From: Spironucleus salmonicida | Lineage: Eukaryota | Length of the DNA stretch: 64,000 nucleotides | NCBI RefSeq assembly: GCF_000497125.1 | Contig: NC_090597.1 | Coordinates: 383,797-447,796 of the forward strand | Reading direction: 5' to 3' | In this document: positions 40,553-53,768 of the stretch, one piece after another | How the letters are laid out: every line of letters begins with the position of its first letter | How positions within the stretch are numbered: the first letter of the stretch is position 1 | Made by a program: the position numbers and the translations under genes | The notes under the pieces: generated by a model | What the model saw: only the letters and a program-made list of their open reading frames with translations | Database searches by the model: none | What the model was told of the DNA's origin: nothing

Positions 40553-42094
40553 ATGCTCAACGTACTGTGCGTTTAGCTAGCCTCCTGCTACACCAGCGCG
40601 CAGCTGCAGTACAACGAGAACCTGCAGACGACGACGGTGGTGCTCGAGTCGTTTCTCAACCCGGAATGCCAGCAGTTCCAGGACGAGATCAACCTCACCG
40701 TGACGTTTTACAACGACTGGGCTCCTATCACGTTTATCCAGCCGAGGTTCAATTACTCCAGCTTCTCGTAGGTAGTTATGACTCAAACCGTCATAAAGTC
40801 AACTCCTGCTGCCCTGGAGTCTCTTCCCACGTTTGCAGAGCTCAACATCTCCAACCTGGCCTACTGGACGCTCGTCCGGGTCGTCTTCCTCGGCAGGCAG
40901 GTCGCCCAGATGGACCGCTGCTTTGACTAGAGCCGCAGTTAATTTGAAGTTTAACTTACTAACTTTAGCTTCGTCCTTGGCTTAACTCCAGCCTGCTTAG
41001 AAGAAATACGAGTCCATTCATTGGAGTTTCAGTATTAATTTAATATGAAAGCTGGGACAGTATAAATAATACGAACTGGTGTTGGTTAAAATTGTGAGAT
41101 CCTTGACACATCACTTAGATGTTGGAATTATGATGACTATTTAGATGATGTATAACAACCTTTCACCACTCCTCTCATAAAATTTTTTATTCCATAAGAC
41201 GATGTGATATATTCAACAGAAATAGTATTTGAGAAGGTTGTAATCGGTCGTGTGGGAGGATTTTTTGAGAATTGTTAGGCTTAATTTTTCTTAGATAATT
41301 ATTACATATAGTTTGACATAACTAAAAATGAAACAATTTAGGCTATTTTTGCAGATAATATAGGAGACTTTACTAAAATTATTTACCGTATTACAGCTGA
41401 AATTGGGACAACAGTTATAATGCTTTAATTTGTATAAACATATTATGATCCTTTTTAACGTATTTTATCACAAAAATGCTATGACTAAGAATGTATAGAC
41501 AATCTAAAGTTAATTAGAACAAACTTAGATACAGCTAGACTATATCTTGACCTTGTCAGTTATACTGAAATGAACATGAACATAATTGTTGGATCCCCTG
41601 TTGAGTAGATAGTAGCATGCTTTAGACGACAGGTTACTACTATAACATCTAAAAATAGTTTTTGCGTATAGCTAGAACAGGCTGGAATGTTCTCAATCTC
41701 TCCATTTTGTAACAGAATGACAAACAATATGACAGTAGATGCATTATTTTATAGTAAGGATACAACAAATTTATCATAAAAAGACAAAATTAATGCTGTA
41801 AAAACAGTATAATTCGATTTTTAGAATCCGATCGTTTGTTTTGAAAGTGATGATGACGCTGCTATTTAAGAATTAAGACATGAAGGAGTATTGGGTATTA
41901 TGACTTTATCTGGAAAAGGCTTTTAATTTATTGTAGCTGGATACTAGATATGTAGTGGAGAATATAATTTAGTCTATTATATAGTATTTACAATCGCTGG
42001 GATATTAATAACTCTTTGCTTAGTAGATACTATTATAAAATTAATAGTTTTAGTTAATATTCTCAAAGCATCTAAAAAATCAAGAAAACTATGA
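40553..42094 (+). CDS. Uncharacterised type I membrane protein, paralogue A, 513 aa
   Basis: MLNVLCVQLASCYTSAQLQY... continuous in table 6; C-terminal hydrophobic segment LVYYIVFTIAGILITLCLV and tail KASKKSRKL*. Confidence 0.85.
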
Positions 42095-43377
42095 ATGATT
42101 ATAAATTACTCTTGCATAGTTATTTATTTTAATAGTATTGCAGTCACGGTTTAAATGTTTACAAAAAATACTTTAATTTTAGTTATCAAAAGTCTTAATG
42201 CTTATTGTTAATTAAATAAACATTATTAACCTATTACCTAGTTGCTTTATTCTCATAAATAATTATTTGCGATCGTAAATCAAATCAAAAAGAAATTATT
42301 TATAGTAAAAAATGATTAAAATTATAAAGAATCATAAGTATACGAAAATATCACCATAGTGAATGATAATGATAAAAACTATGCTATATATGATAGTATT
42401 AAAATTAATGCATGTAATAATTCCAAATGTGAGCAGTCTTAAGCATAATACCCTAAACTAGAAATTATATAATAAATAATATACCTTAAAGAATGTATCA
42501 TTTTATATTAGAAAACGCGAGCGCTTATTAATAGTAAATACTGAGCAGGTGTTAATTATTAAATTTTATTGAAAGAAAGATTTAATAAGGTTCGGTGTAT
42601 TCATTTTCGAAAATCATATAACTATGTAATCTTAGTCTAATAATATATATAATAATTTTATTTCTACTAATTTCAGTATTAATAAATTTATCTATTAAGA
42701 AACTAAAAATATTAATAACATAAAGTATCTAATAATAAAAATAAATTAGCAATAAAAATAACTAATGATAGTTATGAATAATATTCAGAAAGTATGTTAT
42801 GTATTAATTTCATAAAATGGTAAACATTTTTAATAATAAGGCTCGCTCTCAGAACATCTGTAATATTGCTTATAAACTTATATATTAGTTTTAAACTAAA
42901 CATAAAAGTAAGCTGTAATTACAGATTAAAAATATTTTAATAAAATGCTGTATTTTATTTATTTTATGATAATTTAAGATATTACTTTTTAAAAAGATTA
43001 CCATCTTAGAAAGTTATATGTTAATTCAAACCTATAAACACATAATTTTTTATTTAATAAATTTGAGATTTACAATTTTACTGAATCGAAAGCTGTTTTA
43101 AAATAAATTATAATCAATAATTCAAAACTTATTATAATTTCTTTTAATCAATTCTAAAACTTATATAATATAAACCATTGATGTTTTATTACTTGACAGA
43201 ATAAATTCCTATTTTTTCTTACTAAGCACTACCTTATAATACTATATATCAATGTAACATGGTAAATAGGTTAATTACAAAGTATAGATAATTAATAATA
43301 ATATCAAGTAGTCTAAAATTTCTAAACATACAATACTAATATTTTATTTTAACACTTATTATTGTAACTTAAATTAA

Positions 43378-44916
43378 ATGATCTTATTGTTAAACTAGCA
43401 GGTAGCCTCCTGCTACACCAGCGCGCAGCTGCAGTACAACGAGAACCTGCAGACGACGACGGTGGTGCTCGAGTCGTTTCTCAACCCGGAATGCCAGCAG
43501 TTCCAGGACGAGGTCAACCTCACCGTGACGTTTTACAACGACTGGGCTCCTATCACGTTTATCCAGCCGAGGTTCAACTACTCCAGCTTCTCGTAGGTAG
43601 TTATGACTCAAACCGTCATAACGTCAACTCCTGCTGCCCTGGAGTCTCTTCCCACGTTCGCAGAGCTCAACATCTCCAACCTGGCCTACTGGACGCTCGT
43701 CCGGGTCGTCTTCCTCGGCAGGCAGGTCGCCCAGATGGACCGCTGCTTTGACTAGGATAAAAGCTTATTTATGGTGCAATTATCTAATTTCAATTTTGAG
43801 CTAGCATTAACATAAGCATGCTTAGCTGAGATAAAATTATAAGCTATAGAATTTTAGTATTAATTTAACTAAAAAGCTGGAACTATAACCATATTAAGAG
43901 ACGGAACTGATTAAAATTGTGAAGTTGCCGAAAGTTCAATAAAATGCTGGAACTATGATGACTATGTGGATGATATTCAGTAACCATTTACGACTCCTCT
44001 GATAAAATTTTTCATACCATCTGATGGAGTAATTTATTCGACCGAGATTGTCTTTGAGAACGTCATCATAGGCCGAGTTGGAGGATTTTTTGAAAATGTA
44101 TAAGCGCAATTTCTAATAGATAATTTTTATATTTAATTCAATATAACTTAAAATAAGACCATATAAGATGTATTTGCAAATAATATGGAGAATTTTACTA
44201 AAATTATATATCGCCTAACTGCTGAAGTTTGTAGTACTATTATCATGTTTTAATTTGTTCAATCTTATTACGACCCGAACTAAAACTTTTTATCTCAGAG
44301 ATGTTACGATTAGGAATGTAGAGATAAATTAAGATTGTTACGTAATAACTTAGATATTACGAGAATATATTTAGATATTGCCAGCTATACTGATATGGTT
44401 ATGAATGTAATAGTAGGATCTCCTGGTGTTTAGGTAGTAGTTTGTTTCAGAAGAGTAGTCACAAAAATTATATCTGAAACTAGTTTCAGTGTCGAGTTAG
44501 AAATAGCTCGCAGCTTTCCTATTACACGGCTTTGTACTCAAATGGACTCAACTATGGTAGTAGACATGAAATATTATAGTAAAAATATATAAGATTTAAC
44601 ACTACCTGACTCTATTAATGCAGTAACATCCATAAAATTTGATTTTGATAATCCTATTGTACTCTTCGAAAGTACTGATACTAAAGAAATATAAAATCTT
44701 TATGACCCGGATATTTTATCTGTTATTACTATATCTGGAAAAGGATTTACATTTGTTGTAACTGGATACTAGGTAAGTAATGGATAATACAGCATTGTAT
44801 ATTATATTGTATTTACTTTAGCTGGTATAGTAGTTTTACTTTGCTTAATTGATACCATACTTAAACTAATAGCACTAATGAATCTTCTGAAAGCTACAAA
44901 GAAGTCTAGAAGGTGA
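43378..44916 (+). CDS. Uncharacterised type I membrane protein, paralogue B, 512 aa
   Basis: MILLLNQQVASCYTSAQLQY... collinear with paralogue A throughout; tail KATKKSRR*. Confidence 0.85.
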
Positions 44917-45317
44917 TTGCCATTATTTAAACATATGATTGTTATTATATATAATATATACGGGAATCTTTTAATGAACATACCCGATGGGCGTACTAGT
45001 CATAATGTTTCTTATAAATTTGTTTTATCAACATGATAATGAATGTAATATATCATTCAGTTAAACAATTTAATATAAAATTCTATTCATTCTTGTTCAA
45101 GTATAGTATTACGAAGTTATAATATAATTATTTATTATGTTAATTAATTTTGTATTTACATGTTTAATTATATTGATACTATTTCTTCTGACAATTAAGT
45201 AGCTGATAAAATAGCATATATTTATATTTTAGTTAGCTTAATCTACAATATTAACTACTTAATTCATTCAGAATCTTAAAAAAACAACTTACTAATATGA
45301 AAATATATTAAATACAC

Positions 45318-46220
45318 TCACTCATGAACATTAATTTCCTCAGTTGTGACTGTCTCCATGTTTGTCTCTGTGACATCATCATTTAGCTTATTATCCTAAG
45401 ATAAACCCTATCTACCATAGTACCAAACTTACCATAAAATAATTAAATCGCATAATGCTGGCCAAGTGCAGGAGAAAATGAAAGGCGCTTAATCTAAGGC
45501 AGAAGCCCCATTGGCAATATCACACATCAGAGAAATAAATTAAAAAACATTACCAGAAAATGTGCAAAGAAACATACCGCTAGCAAGTCCTTCTGTACAT
45601 TTTCTTTTGTAGTTTTTGTAAATTTAACCTGGCTTAGAAAGACCATAAAGTGGAATAGTTAAGTAAGACAGAACAAGCCCAAAGTAATAAATTCCCCCTG
45701 TTACAGGTACATTATCTTAACATTAAGGATACTAATTAGGTGCATGCTGCATAAGATTGCCAGCAGGAACCCCATAGCAGCAAATCCCGATCACAACCAT
45801 GCTTACCATAAATGCATAAAATTAACCCTCAGCAAATCCAACTTTAGTGCTCATACGTTTTTCCCTTAGTTTTTTAGCTAGTGGAAGACGATAATATACC
45901 AGTTGGAATATTAAAACAACGTCAATAGCGCAATAAAAAAGAGCCAAAAACTACTATGTAAAAAGAAGCTTAAGAACAGTTGTGGAAACCGCGCTACAAA
46001 TATCACCACCAATCCACTAAATGATAAAGATAAGGGAAATAGCTTCCGTCTCTTTAATGAGGAAATTGACACGAATTTAAGGATACAGCGCTACAATCCA
46101 ACAGAATATCGAAAGCCAACCAAATACAAATGAAACTATATGTAGAGTGTTCACTTGGCATTGGTTGAAAACCGCTGCAATGAAAAAGTTAGCTTTCGGA
46201 TCTTTGCAGAGACACCCCAT
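45318..46220 (-). CDS. PQ-loop repeat transporter (PQLC2/Ypq-like), 300 aa
   Basis: GWLSIFCWIVALYPQIRVNF..ETEAISL.F..QWIGGD and a second repeat LYGLSKPGQIYKNYKRKCTEGL; multiple TM segments. Confidence 0.9.
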
Positions 46221-48227
46221 TTTAAAAGAAAGGGATATAACAACGGTACATAATATACCAATATAAATACTTATTTTTAGGGAGTTGAATTTGCTCTAAA
46301 ACCTCAATATTGTAGTTATAATATCTGTATATTAACTATTTAAAATGTGGTTCATCCAATATTACGGTAAAATGAAAATTCCAACACCTATATTATTATA
46401 TTATTATATCTTCATATACAAATTTCGCAAAAAACCATTCCTTTTTTTCGATGCAACCTATCTCTAAATATCGCAATTTGTTTAATACGCACTTGTCCCC
46501 AAAAAAATTTCCCTTCCACAAAAATTTACAATTTTCCACTCCACCATTAACTCACTTAACGAAAAATTTCTTCAAAAATACTCACAAAATTTCGCCTTTC
46601 CGCAAAATTTTTCGTTATCGCGCACATCAAGTACGTGAAAATGTTCAAATTTAACTGAAAACTTCAGCGCCGCGCGAGAAAGTCGATTTTCTGGCGTTTC
46701 GGCCTCGCAAAAGACGAAAAACTCAAAATTTTCGTAGCGTTCGTTTAGCGGGTAAATTTTGAATTTTCGATATTTACTCGTTACATCAGTTGTATAAAAT
46801 TTTTATGAGTATTGGAAGGGAACGAATCGGAAGGTGTATTACCATTTTAATGTGTTAAATACTTGTATTTAGACTGCGAGAATTTGCAAATTTGGTTTAT
46901 AAGCGTTATATCATTAAAATAAAAATTTGGACGTTATATCACTTGGAAAAATATTTTTATTCGATAATTCGTTTAAAGTCCCTTTCAGCGGTTTCCTGCG
47001 CCCCCAAATTGTCCAAATTTAGTAAAATTACTAAAGAATACTTAGCGAGTATTATCGCTTCAACTGATATAACAAAAACTAGTCTAGTATTAAAATTGGA
47101 TAAGTATGGTGCTGGAGAAGGAAAATGCGGTAGCGGGGTATCGTTTTCATGACGTAGAATACTGCGAAAACGCGGTAATAAAAAATAGTGGAGTGGATAA
47201 TTTTTATTAATATTATAATATTATATATAATAATGAATAAAATAAAATGGAGCGCAGAAGGCGAAACCGAGCTGGTGGGAGTCGAAAAATGACGCATGAT
47301 ATAATAGATTAGTGATGGGTTAGAAATTTTAGCTTTTGTTGGAAATCCGTGGACGGAATGTGCGAATTTTGGCCCGCTAGTGGCTGGTATAAAGAAGTTA
47401 GTGAAAAGTTACTTTGGGGGCTCTGTAAATCATAGAATTAAGCTTTTCTCTGGTATAATTAGCAGTAATATAATGTAATGAATAATAGTTTGATCTTCAG
47501 AGAAGCATATTTTGGCTACTTTTTAATTAATAATTTGTGTTATTAAAGATATAATAATTATATATTTGAAAATGCAAAATGGAGTCGAAAATACTCAGCT
47601 TAGAAATGCGACGAGAATAGGCAATATTCCATTAAGAGAGTTTTTAAATATCATAACTTTAATTTTTAGCATGTTTTATGTGTCAGATTATTGGTTTTTG
47701 CCAATTTGTTGATATTTGTATGATAGAGGTTGTTACAAGTTACGGTAACACCAAGCAGTAGATTATTAGGATATATGCTCATAGTAAATTACTTAGAAAA
47801 TGATTAGGGCGTTGTGTCTAAAAATATCTGTTTTTAACTTAGACAAGCAAACTTATCATGAATTATTGGCCTGTTTTCGAAATTGTTGATGGTTTGAGTC
47901 TTTTATATTTATCTAAATTATTGTTGAGAAAATAGTTTTTCGTATTGTTAGCATAAATTGATATATTTTATTAATAAGTCTTTTATATAGGCTTTTAGAT
48001 TTCTAATAAATCATATTATGCCTCTTAAATAATGAGACTAGCTTTAAGCTTTTACCGCTATTCATTTATTATTTCAGAGTTAGAAAAAATAGCTTAAAGA
48101 TTCCGGGAAAACCAGTTACGTTCAATAATTTTAATTATATATTAATTAATTGTATAATAATTCGAAAATATCTAATTATGAATAATATAGTTTTACTTCA
48201 TAGAATTCTATTCCTTATGTTTTAAAA

Positions 48228-49625
48228 ATGACAGAAAATGTTGATGCCGATATAGAAATTAAATAGATAGACTCATAAACAGTCGACGCGGCATAGCCTG
48301 AGTTATATACAAAAGTTGAGGAAAAGCCAAATAAACTAGCATGGTGGATATTCTTACTATTTGGTATTACCTTCCTTATTCCTTTTAACTGCTTTATAGT
48401 ACCAGTAGATTATTGGTTTAACTAGTTCCCTAGTACATTGCTTACTGGTATTTCTCTAGTAAATAATGTTTGTACGGCTGCTACATCTATCTTAATGATG
48501 AGATACTCAGTAACACTTACTGTACGTTTCAGACTAATACTTTGTTGGTCTGTTTAGTTGTGCATTATGCTCACCGTTCCATTTGTCTAGTTAATTACAT
48601 ACAATCAGAAAATGAGAATGGCTATTATTCTCATATGCTGTGTATTCTCTGGAATTTGCGCAGGAATATACTTCCCTACATTAATGGGACTTGCAGCTTC
48701 ACTAGATGTAAAATATATAGTTGCTGTGAATAGTGGTTCAGGTGTTGCTGGAATGGTAGCATAATTAATTAAAATTTTAACTAAACCAATTATACCATTT
48801 AACAGTAAGGATGCTAATTATGACTCATATCTCTACTACACCACAATATTGTATTTTGCTATAGGTTCACTGTTTATAATAGCTTCATTTATCGGTTACT
48901 TCAAAATAACAAAAATTTATACTACTAAATAACTGGAATTTGATTCATAAGATAGGAAACGATTTTTCATGCAGAAATTGACGAAAATTTAAATAAATGA
49001 TGCACCCGGATCAAGATTTATTGACGCTGCTAAAAATTTATGGATGCCTGGATTATCCTTATTTTTAATCTTTTTTGTTACATTAACTTTATTCCCTGCG
49101 ATTACTATTTAAATCTTATGTTATTCCATGTTTAAAACGAATGAATCTGGAAAATATGGTGATTGGTGGTCAATTATAATGTTTTCATGGTTCATGCTAG
49201 GTGATTGGGTTGGAAGATAATTCCCATCTTGGAAATGGGGACTTAGCTTTTGGAGTGTCAAGAGCCTTTTTATCGCTGCGATTATTAGGCTTTCTTTCAT
49301 CGCATTATTTATTGTACAAATTGTCCCATATTATCACTGGCCTAGTGGTACTAGTAGCCCAGCTTAGGTGGGCTAAAAACCTGATGGATTACCGTTGGTG
49401 CATAACGACTTGTTTGCGTGGATAGTTATGATTTTATTCGCTGTTTCAAATGGTTGGTTTATGTGTGCAATTTTCTGCAAATATGGTACGATTATGAAGC
49501 CAGAAACAAATCATACACATGCTGCTAATTTTATGACTTTATGCCTTAATTTTGGTCTTGTAATAGGAAGCTCCTTAGGAACTATTGTATCAATAATTAT
49601 TGATACAGCGAAATCAAGCCTCTGA
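48228..49625 (+). CDS. Equilibrative nucleoside transporter (ENT/SLC29), 465 aa
   Basis: FLLFGITFLIPFNCFIVPVDYW, GSGVAG, FFVTLTLFPAI, GDWVGR, FAVSNGW and GLVIGS motifs; many TM segments. Confidence 0.92.
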
Positions 49626-50122
49626 TTTATTTCCATTATTTACTAAATCTAAAAAATCTATAGCTATATATTAATTGTAAATTAATTATTATTTAAATCC
49701 AAAAATGAATAATCTATTACTTTATCCTTCTATGCGTTTAATTCTGACGTATTAAATGATGAATAACGAATTTTATAAATTAAATGATTATTAAGGCAAC
49801 CTGAATCATGATTCTAGTTGACTATAACTAAAATAATTGAATCATCATTTAAATTTTTAAAGAAACTTATCTAAGAACATTAAATAAGATTTAACTATTT
49901 AAAAAATTAATTATATATCACATGAATAAGATATTGCTTGTTGGTACTAATACTACGAACTAAATAATAAATTAATATAATAATTAAGTACTATGGTAAT
50001 TGTAATTTAAAGAAAACAAATAAACTCATTGATATAATTTTATTAATAATGATATGATTAAGTCGTTGATATATGTTATTAAATTATTCAATAAACACAT
50101 GATTATTCAGTGACAAATACGT

Positions 50123-50395
50123 TCAGATAAAGCCCATAGCTTTTCCGTAGGCAGTCCAAGCCTATTTTTGCGTATCAAAAGCAAGTTTCTTCATTTCAGT
50201 TACTTTAGTATTAATTTCAAGAACTAATTCAGCTTTAACAACCTCACACTTACAAGTTTCACAAATGCATTCGCATTTTACGATTTCTTGAGTCTTTTCA
50301 ATTTACTAAGGTACCATTTATGGTTACATCATGTACATATAAGGGTTATACATTGGCATTGCTTACATGGCTGGAATAGGCTATTATGGTTGCAT
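50123..50395 (-). CDS. Hypothetical 90-aa protein (Q/P/M-rich N-terminus, CxCxCxxCxC cluster)
   Basis: MQPQQPIPAMQAMPMYNPYMYMMQPQMVPQQIEKTQEIVKCECICETCKCEVVKAEL...GFI*; C-rich motif directly upstream. Confidence 0.7.
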
Positions 50396-50523
50396 TAGTG
50401 GAAGTGAAAGGAACGGGACCTATTCATAAATATAAGAATATAATATAAGTATAGTTATTAATATAATGTTTAGTAATTACTACTATTATTAAAGTATAAT
50501 AAAGATAAATAAAGAAATGTATT

Positions 50524-51393
50524 TCACACAACACAAGGTCTACCTTAAAGAATTATGCTTATCATCTCCTCAGACATATCTTTCCTCATAATTTCCAGTA
50601 ATCTTTCACATACTTTTTTGACACATTTCACCTTTTCCATGCGAGGTACATCCCTAAGAATTTAATCTATCTCTTCTTGGCAAGCACCTAACTCAAACAT
50701 CCTATCTTTTAGTATGTTAACAATCATTTTATTTTCGTTTTATATATTAACTGAACCGCATAAATCGTTGTTATATTATTATTAATATTAGTAATAAAAA
50801 CATCCTTCAACTTCAACTTTAGCTGCAACATTATCATTACAAACATAAGATGGTTGAGGCTATTCCTTTTCAGGTTTAATTTCAGTAGGAATTTTACCTA
50901 AAATAGAAGGCGTTTTTGGTTTATTGTTCTATGTTACCTTATTACTTTTTAATCTCTAAATCTCATCATTTAATTCTTGAATCAATGCGTTCTTTTCTGC
51001 AATTTCACTATTTAAATCGTCAATTTAAACCTAAATTGAACCTGTATTTAACTTCCATGAAGACATTCCCATAGATTGCGATAGTTCCTGCCCATACATA
51101 TCAGTCTCACGATGTTTTATAATATCTTCAATTTGATCAATCGCAGCTATAACATCGCTTGCTTATTATTTTGATATATATCCAGTCTTTTCAAAAAGTT
51201 ATTCAATTTACTAGATAGAAATTTAGTCGACTTCAACAAATTCTGCTGTGCTGAAAAAATTCCTATCCCATATCTTTTTGAACCCTAAGATTGTAGCTCT
51301 GGAGAGATTAATAGTGGCCTATTTGGGGTTTAAAAGAGATTGAAGTTATCTAAGATGTTTCTTCATTTCATGACATGCGTTTAATTAAGGCAT
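50524..51393 (-). CDS. Hypothetical protein with central coiled coil, 289 aa
   Basis: Uninterrupted table 6 ORF MPQLNACHEMKKHL...QIDDLNSEIAEKNALIQELNDEIQRLK...RPCVV*. Confidence 0.8.
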
Positions 51394-51677
51394 TTTGCGG
51401 ATGGTTTGGAATAATCTATTACTTAGTTATTTATATAATAACGTTAATATTTTGTTTTCTCTGAAAAAAATGGGAATGGCAAATTAAATTAGAAAATCTC
51501 ATAATTTGCTTATATATAATGAAGAAAAGTTTGTTTATAAAAACTGTAAACTTACACTATGTATTATCATAAATTATATATAAATATATCAATCATGATA
51601 AAATAATACTAGTTAATTTTGTCCTCCTAACCAAATTTACTAACAAGCATACACAGCTTTACTTTAAATAATGATCT

Positions 51678-51980
51678 TCACTTTACACCATCAAAATAAT
51701 CAGCAAAATACTGATATACGTTACTTGGTTTATCCATTAGCACTGAGCTTAAAAGATCGCTGATTATACTCCTAAGCTCAGGATGTTTTTCTAAATAATC
51801 AGTATGCAGTTTAGTTACCTCGGCTGTCTAAAGAGCCTCTTGACGCTCCAAATCAAAACGATAATCCTCTATATTACCTTTTTATAATTCTACCTCACCA
51901 AGTTCTGCCCTAGGAGGCAATGCTAAGTTTTCTCTGTTTACAGGAAGAGTAGGATCAGTAATGAGTGGGAAATCCGCCAT
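51678..51980 (-). CDS. RIIa dimerisation/docking-domain protein (RIIAD1-like), 100 aa
   Basis: DYLEKHPELRSIISDLLSSVLMDKPSNVYQYFADYF matches the RIIa D/D pattern; stop AAGTGA. Confidence 0.8.
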
Positions 51981-52271
51981 TTTATAATTTAATGAACCAA
52001 GTATATAGAATATATAAATATAATTTAAAATAATTAATTGTTATCTTCATTTTATTAACCTTATAAACCTAATGATAAGAGTTAATTACCAAGTAACAGT
52101 GCCTCATGAGTATTTTCAGGTCGACAATTTTAACAGTAGAAAAGTAAACTAGACTTAATTTGTCAATATTAATAAAGTTATTTATGAAAGCGAAATTATA
52201 CTAACAGTTTTGGCTGATATGCAAAACTAAACAAATCTTAGGTACAAATTTGGTAAATTTAAATATTTTTT

Positions 52272-52421
52272 TCACTTTTCAACTTCTTTGCTTACCTCAA
52301 TTAAATAATTACCAATGAATTCAATGGCATCGGCAGGTTTTCTGCAGATAGCCTCAGCTAAAGCATTTGAAAGTTATTCGGCTACAGCTGTGTTCAGATA
52401 AGAAATAGTTTGAGTATCCAT
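52272..52421 (-). CDS. Dpy-30 motif microprotein, 49 aa
   Basis: MDTQTISYLNTAVAEQLSNALAEAICRKPADAIEFIGNYLIEVSKEVEK*; fits the YL..V...L..AL.....KP.D.IEFI..YL pattern. Confidence 0.85.
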
Positions 52422-52718
52422 TTTGCGGAGAATTAATTTGAAACGGAAGCAAGACTCTTATATTTTAATATAATATTATAATTACTGTTTAAAATCACTA
52501 ATTTTTTAATTAACTTATTTATATCAAAAATTTCATTATTCTATAATCTTTAATGTAATTTTGTTATAAATGATTATAAGTATATTTTAATAGTAACATT
52601 GATAGTATTTTATTTTTGTTTAATAAGATAATAAGGATTTATATAAATATCTATTTTTATGTAGTATAAAATTAAATCATTAATATATGATTATTAATCT
52701 ACCCACTTCTCAATCCAG

Positions 52719-53726
52719 ATGTCTACTAAAGGTCCTTGGACGTCTTTAGAGCTGTCTCTTAAAACACAACTAGAGTAACTCTAAAAACATGCAGTAAACG
52801 AAGAATGCGCTGATTGCACTTCAAAAGGTCCGAGATGGGCTGTTTTCAATCACGGTATATTCGTCTGTATTAAATGTTCTGGATAACACAGAAACTTAGG
52901 AAGAGCTATTTCAAAGGTAAAATCTATAAATATGGATAGGTGGATTTAAGATTAATTTGATTAGATGATTGGTAACGAATTGGCAAATAAAATACATATG
53001 TGTAATGCGCCACCTGAAATCCAAAAACCGAAGGAAAATGAAGATCATAAGCGTGTTAAATTTATAGAATAAAAATATATGAAGAATTATTGGAGAGCTA
53101 ATGCCGAATAAGAAAGCTAAATTAGATAAGGCTTAGTCGTTGTTGCTCAACATCAGGTATAATAATAGCCTTAGCAAATATAATAGCAGCCGCAATAATA
53201 ATACTAATAACAATAATAATAATTTTAGCCTTAAGTTCAACCATAGCCTAATATGAATTAACTTATTTAACAAAATCATACTTAATAAGTTCAGCCTCCT
53301 CATATGTTCTCCCAGTAACCTATGTAACAAATACAATAGTACAATAAACCTTAATTTTAGTAATAATTATAGCAACCAATACCCTAATAACCATAATATC
53401 AGGCACCGCAACAATAATAGGTTTAATACTAACAACCTATTGTTCCATAATAGCAAGTTATCTAAAATTAAACGTTCACGTAACCTCAGCAAGAGATATA
53501 GCTTACCCCATCACCTTAGGTGCCACAAGTAGAGGATCTGCTTGATATGTTCGAGATAAAAACCACAGAACACCTTCCCCACCAACAGCCGATTATAACC
53601 ACCTAGGAAACACCCCAAAAGCCATAGTTCCACGTCCCCCAGATCAGAAAACCGACTGTGCAGCAGTCGTCAAAGCCGAAGCAGTCCGCAAACCAAAACG
53701 CGAAGCAATCACATTTGGACTGGTGA
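52719..53726 (+). CDS. ArfGAP (SMAP-like) with Gln/Pro-rich tail, 335 aa
   Basis: [35 protein letters not shown] zinc finger with catalytic Arg, [23 protein letters not shown] clathrin-box-like motif. Confidence 0.93.
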
Positions 53727-53768
53727 TTTTTTAACAGCTTTATTTTGTATTATATGATATCCATAGAA

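Noticed and set aside
50524-50540. C-terminal CaaX prenylation signal in the 289-aa protein
   Set aside because: The protein ends PCVV, so Cys is at -3 rather than -4.
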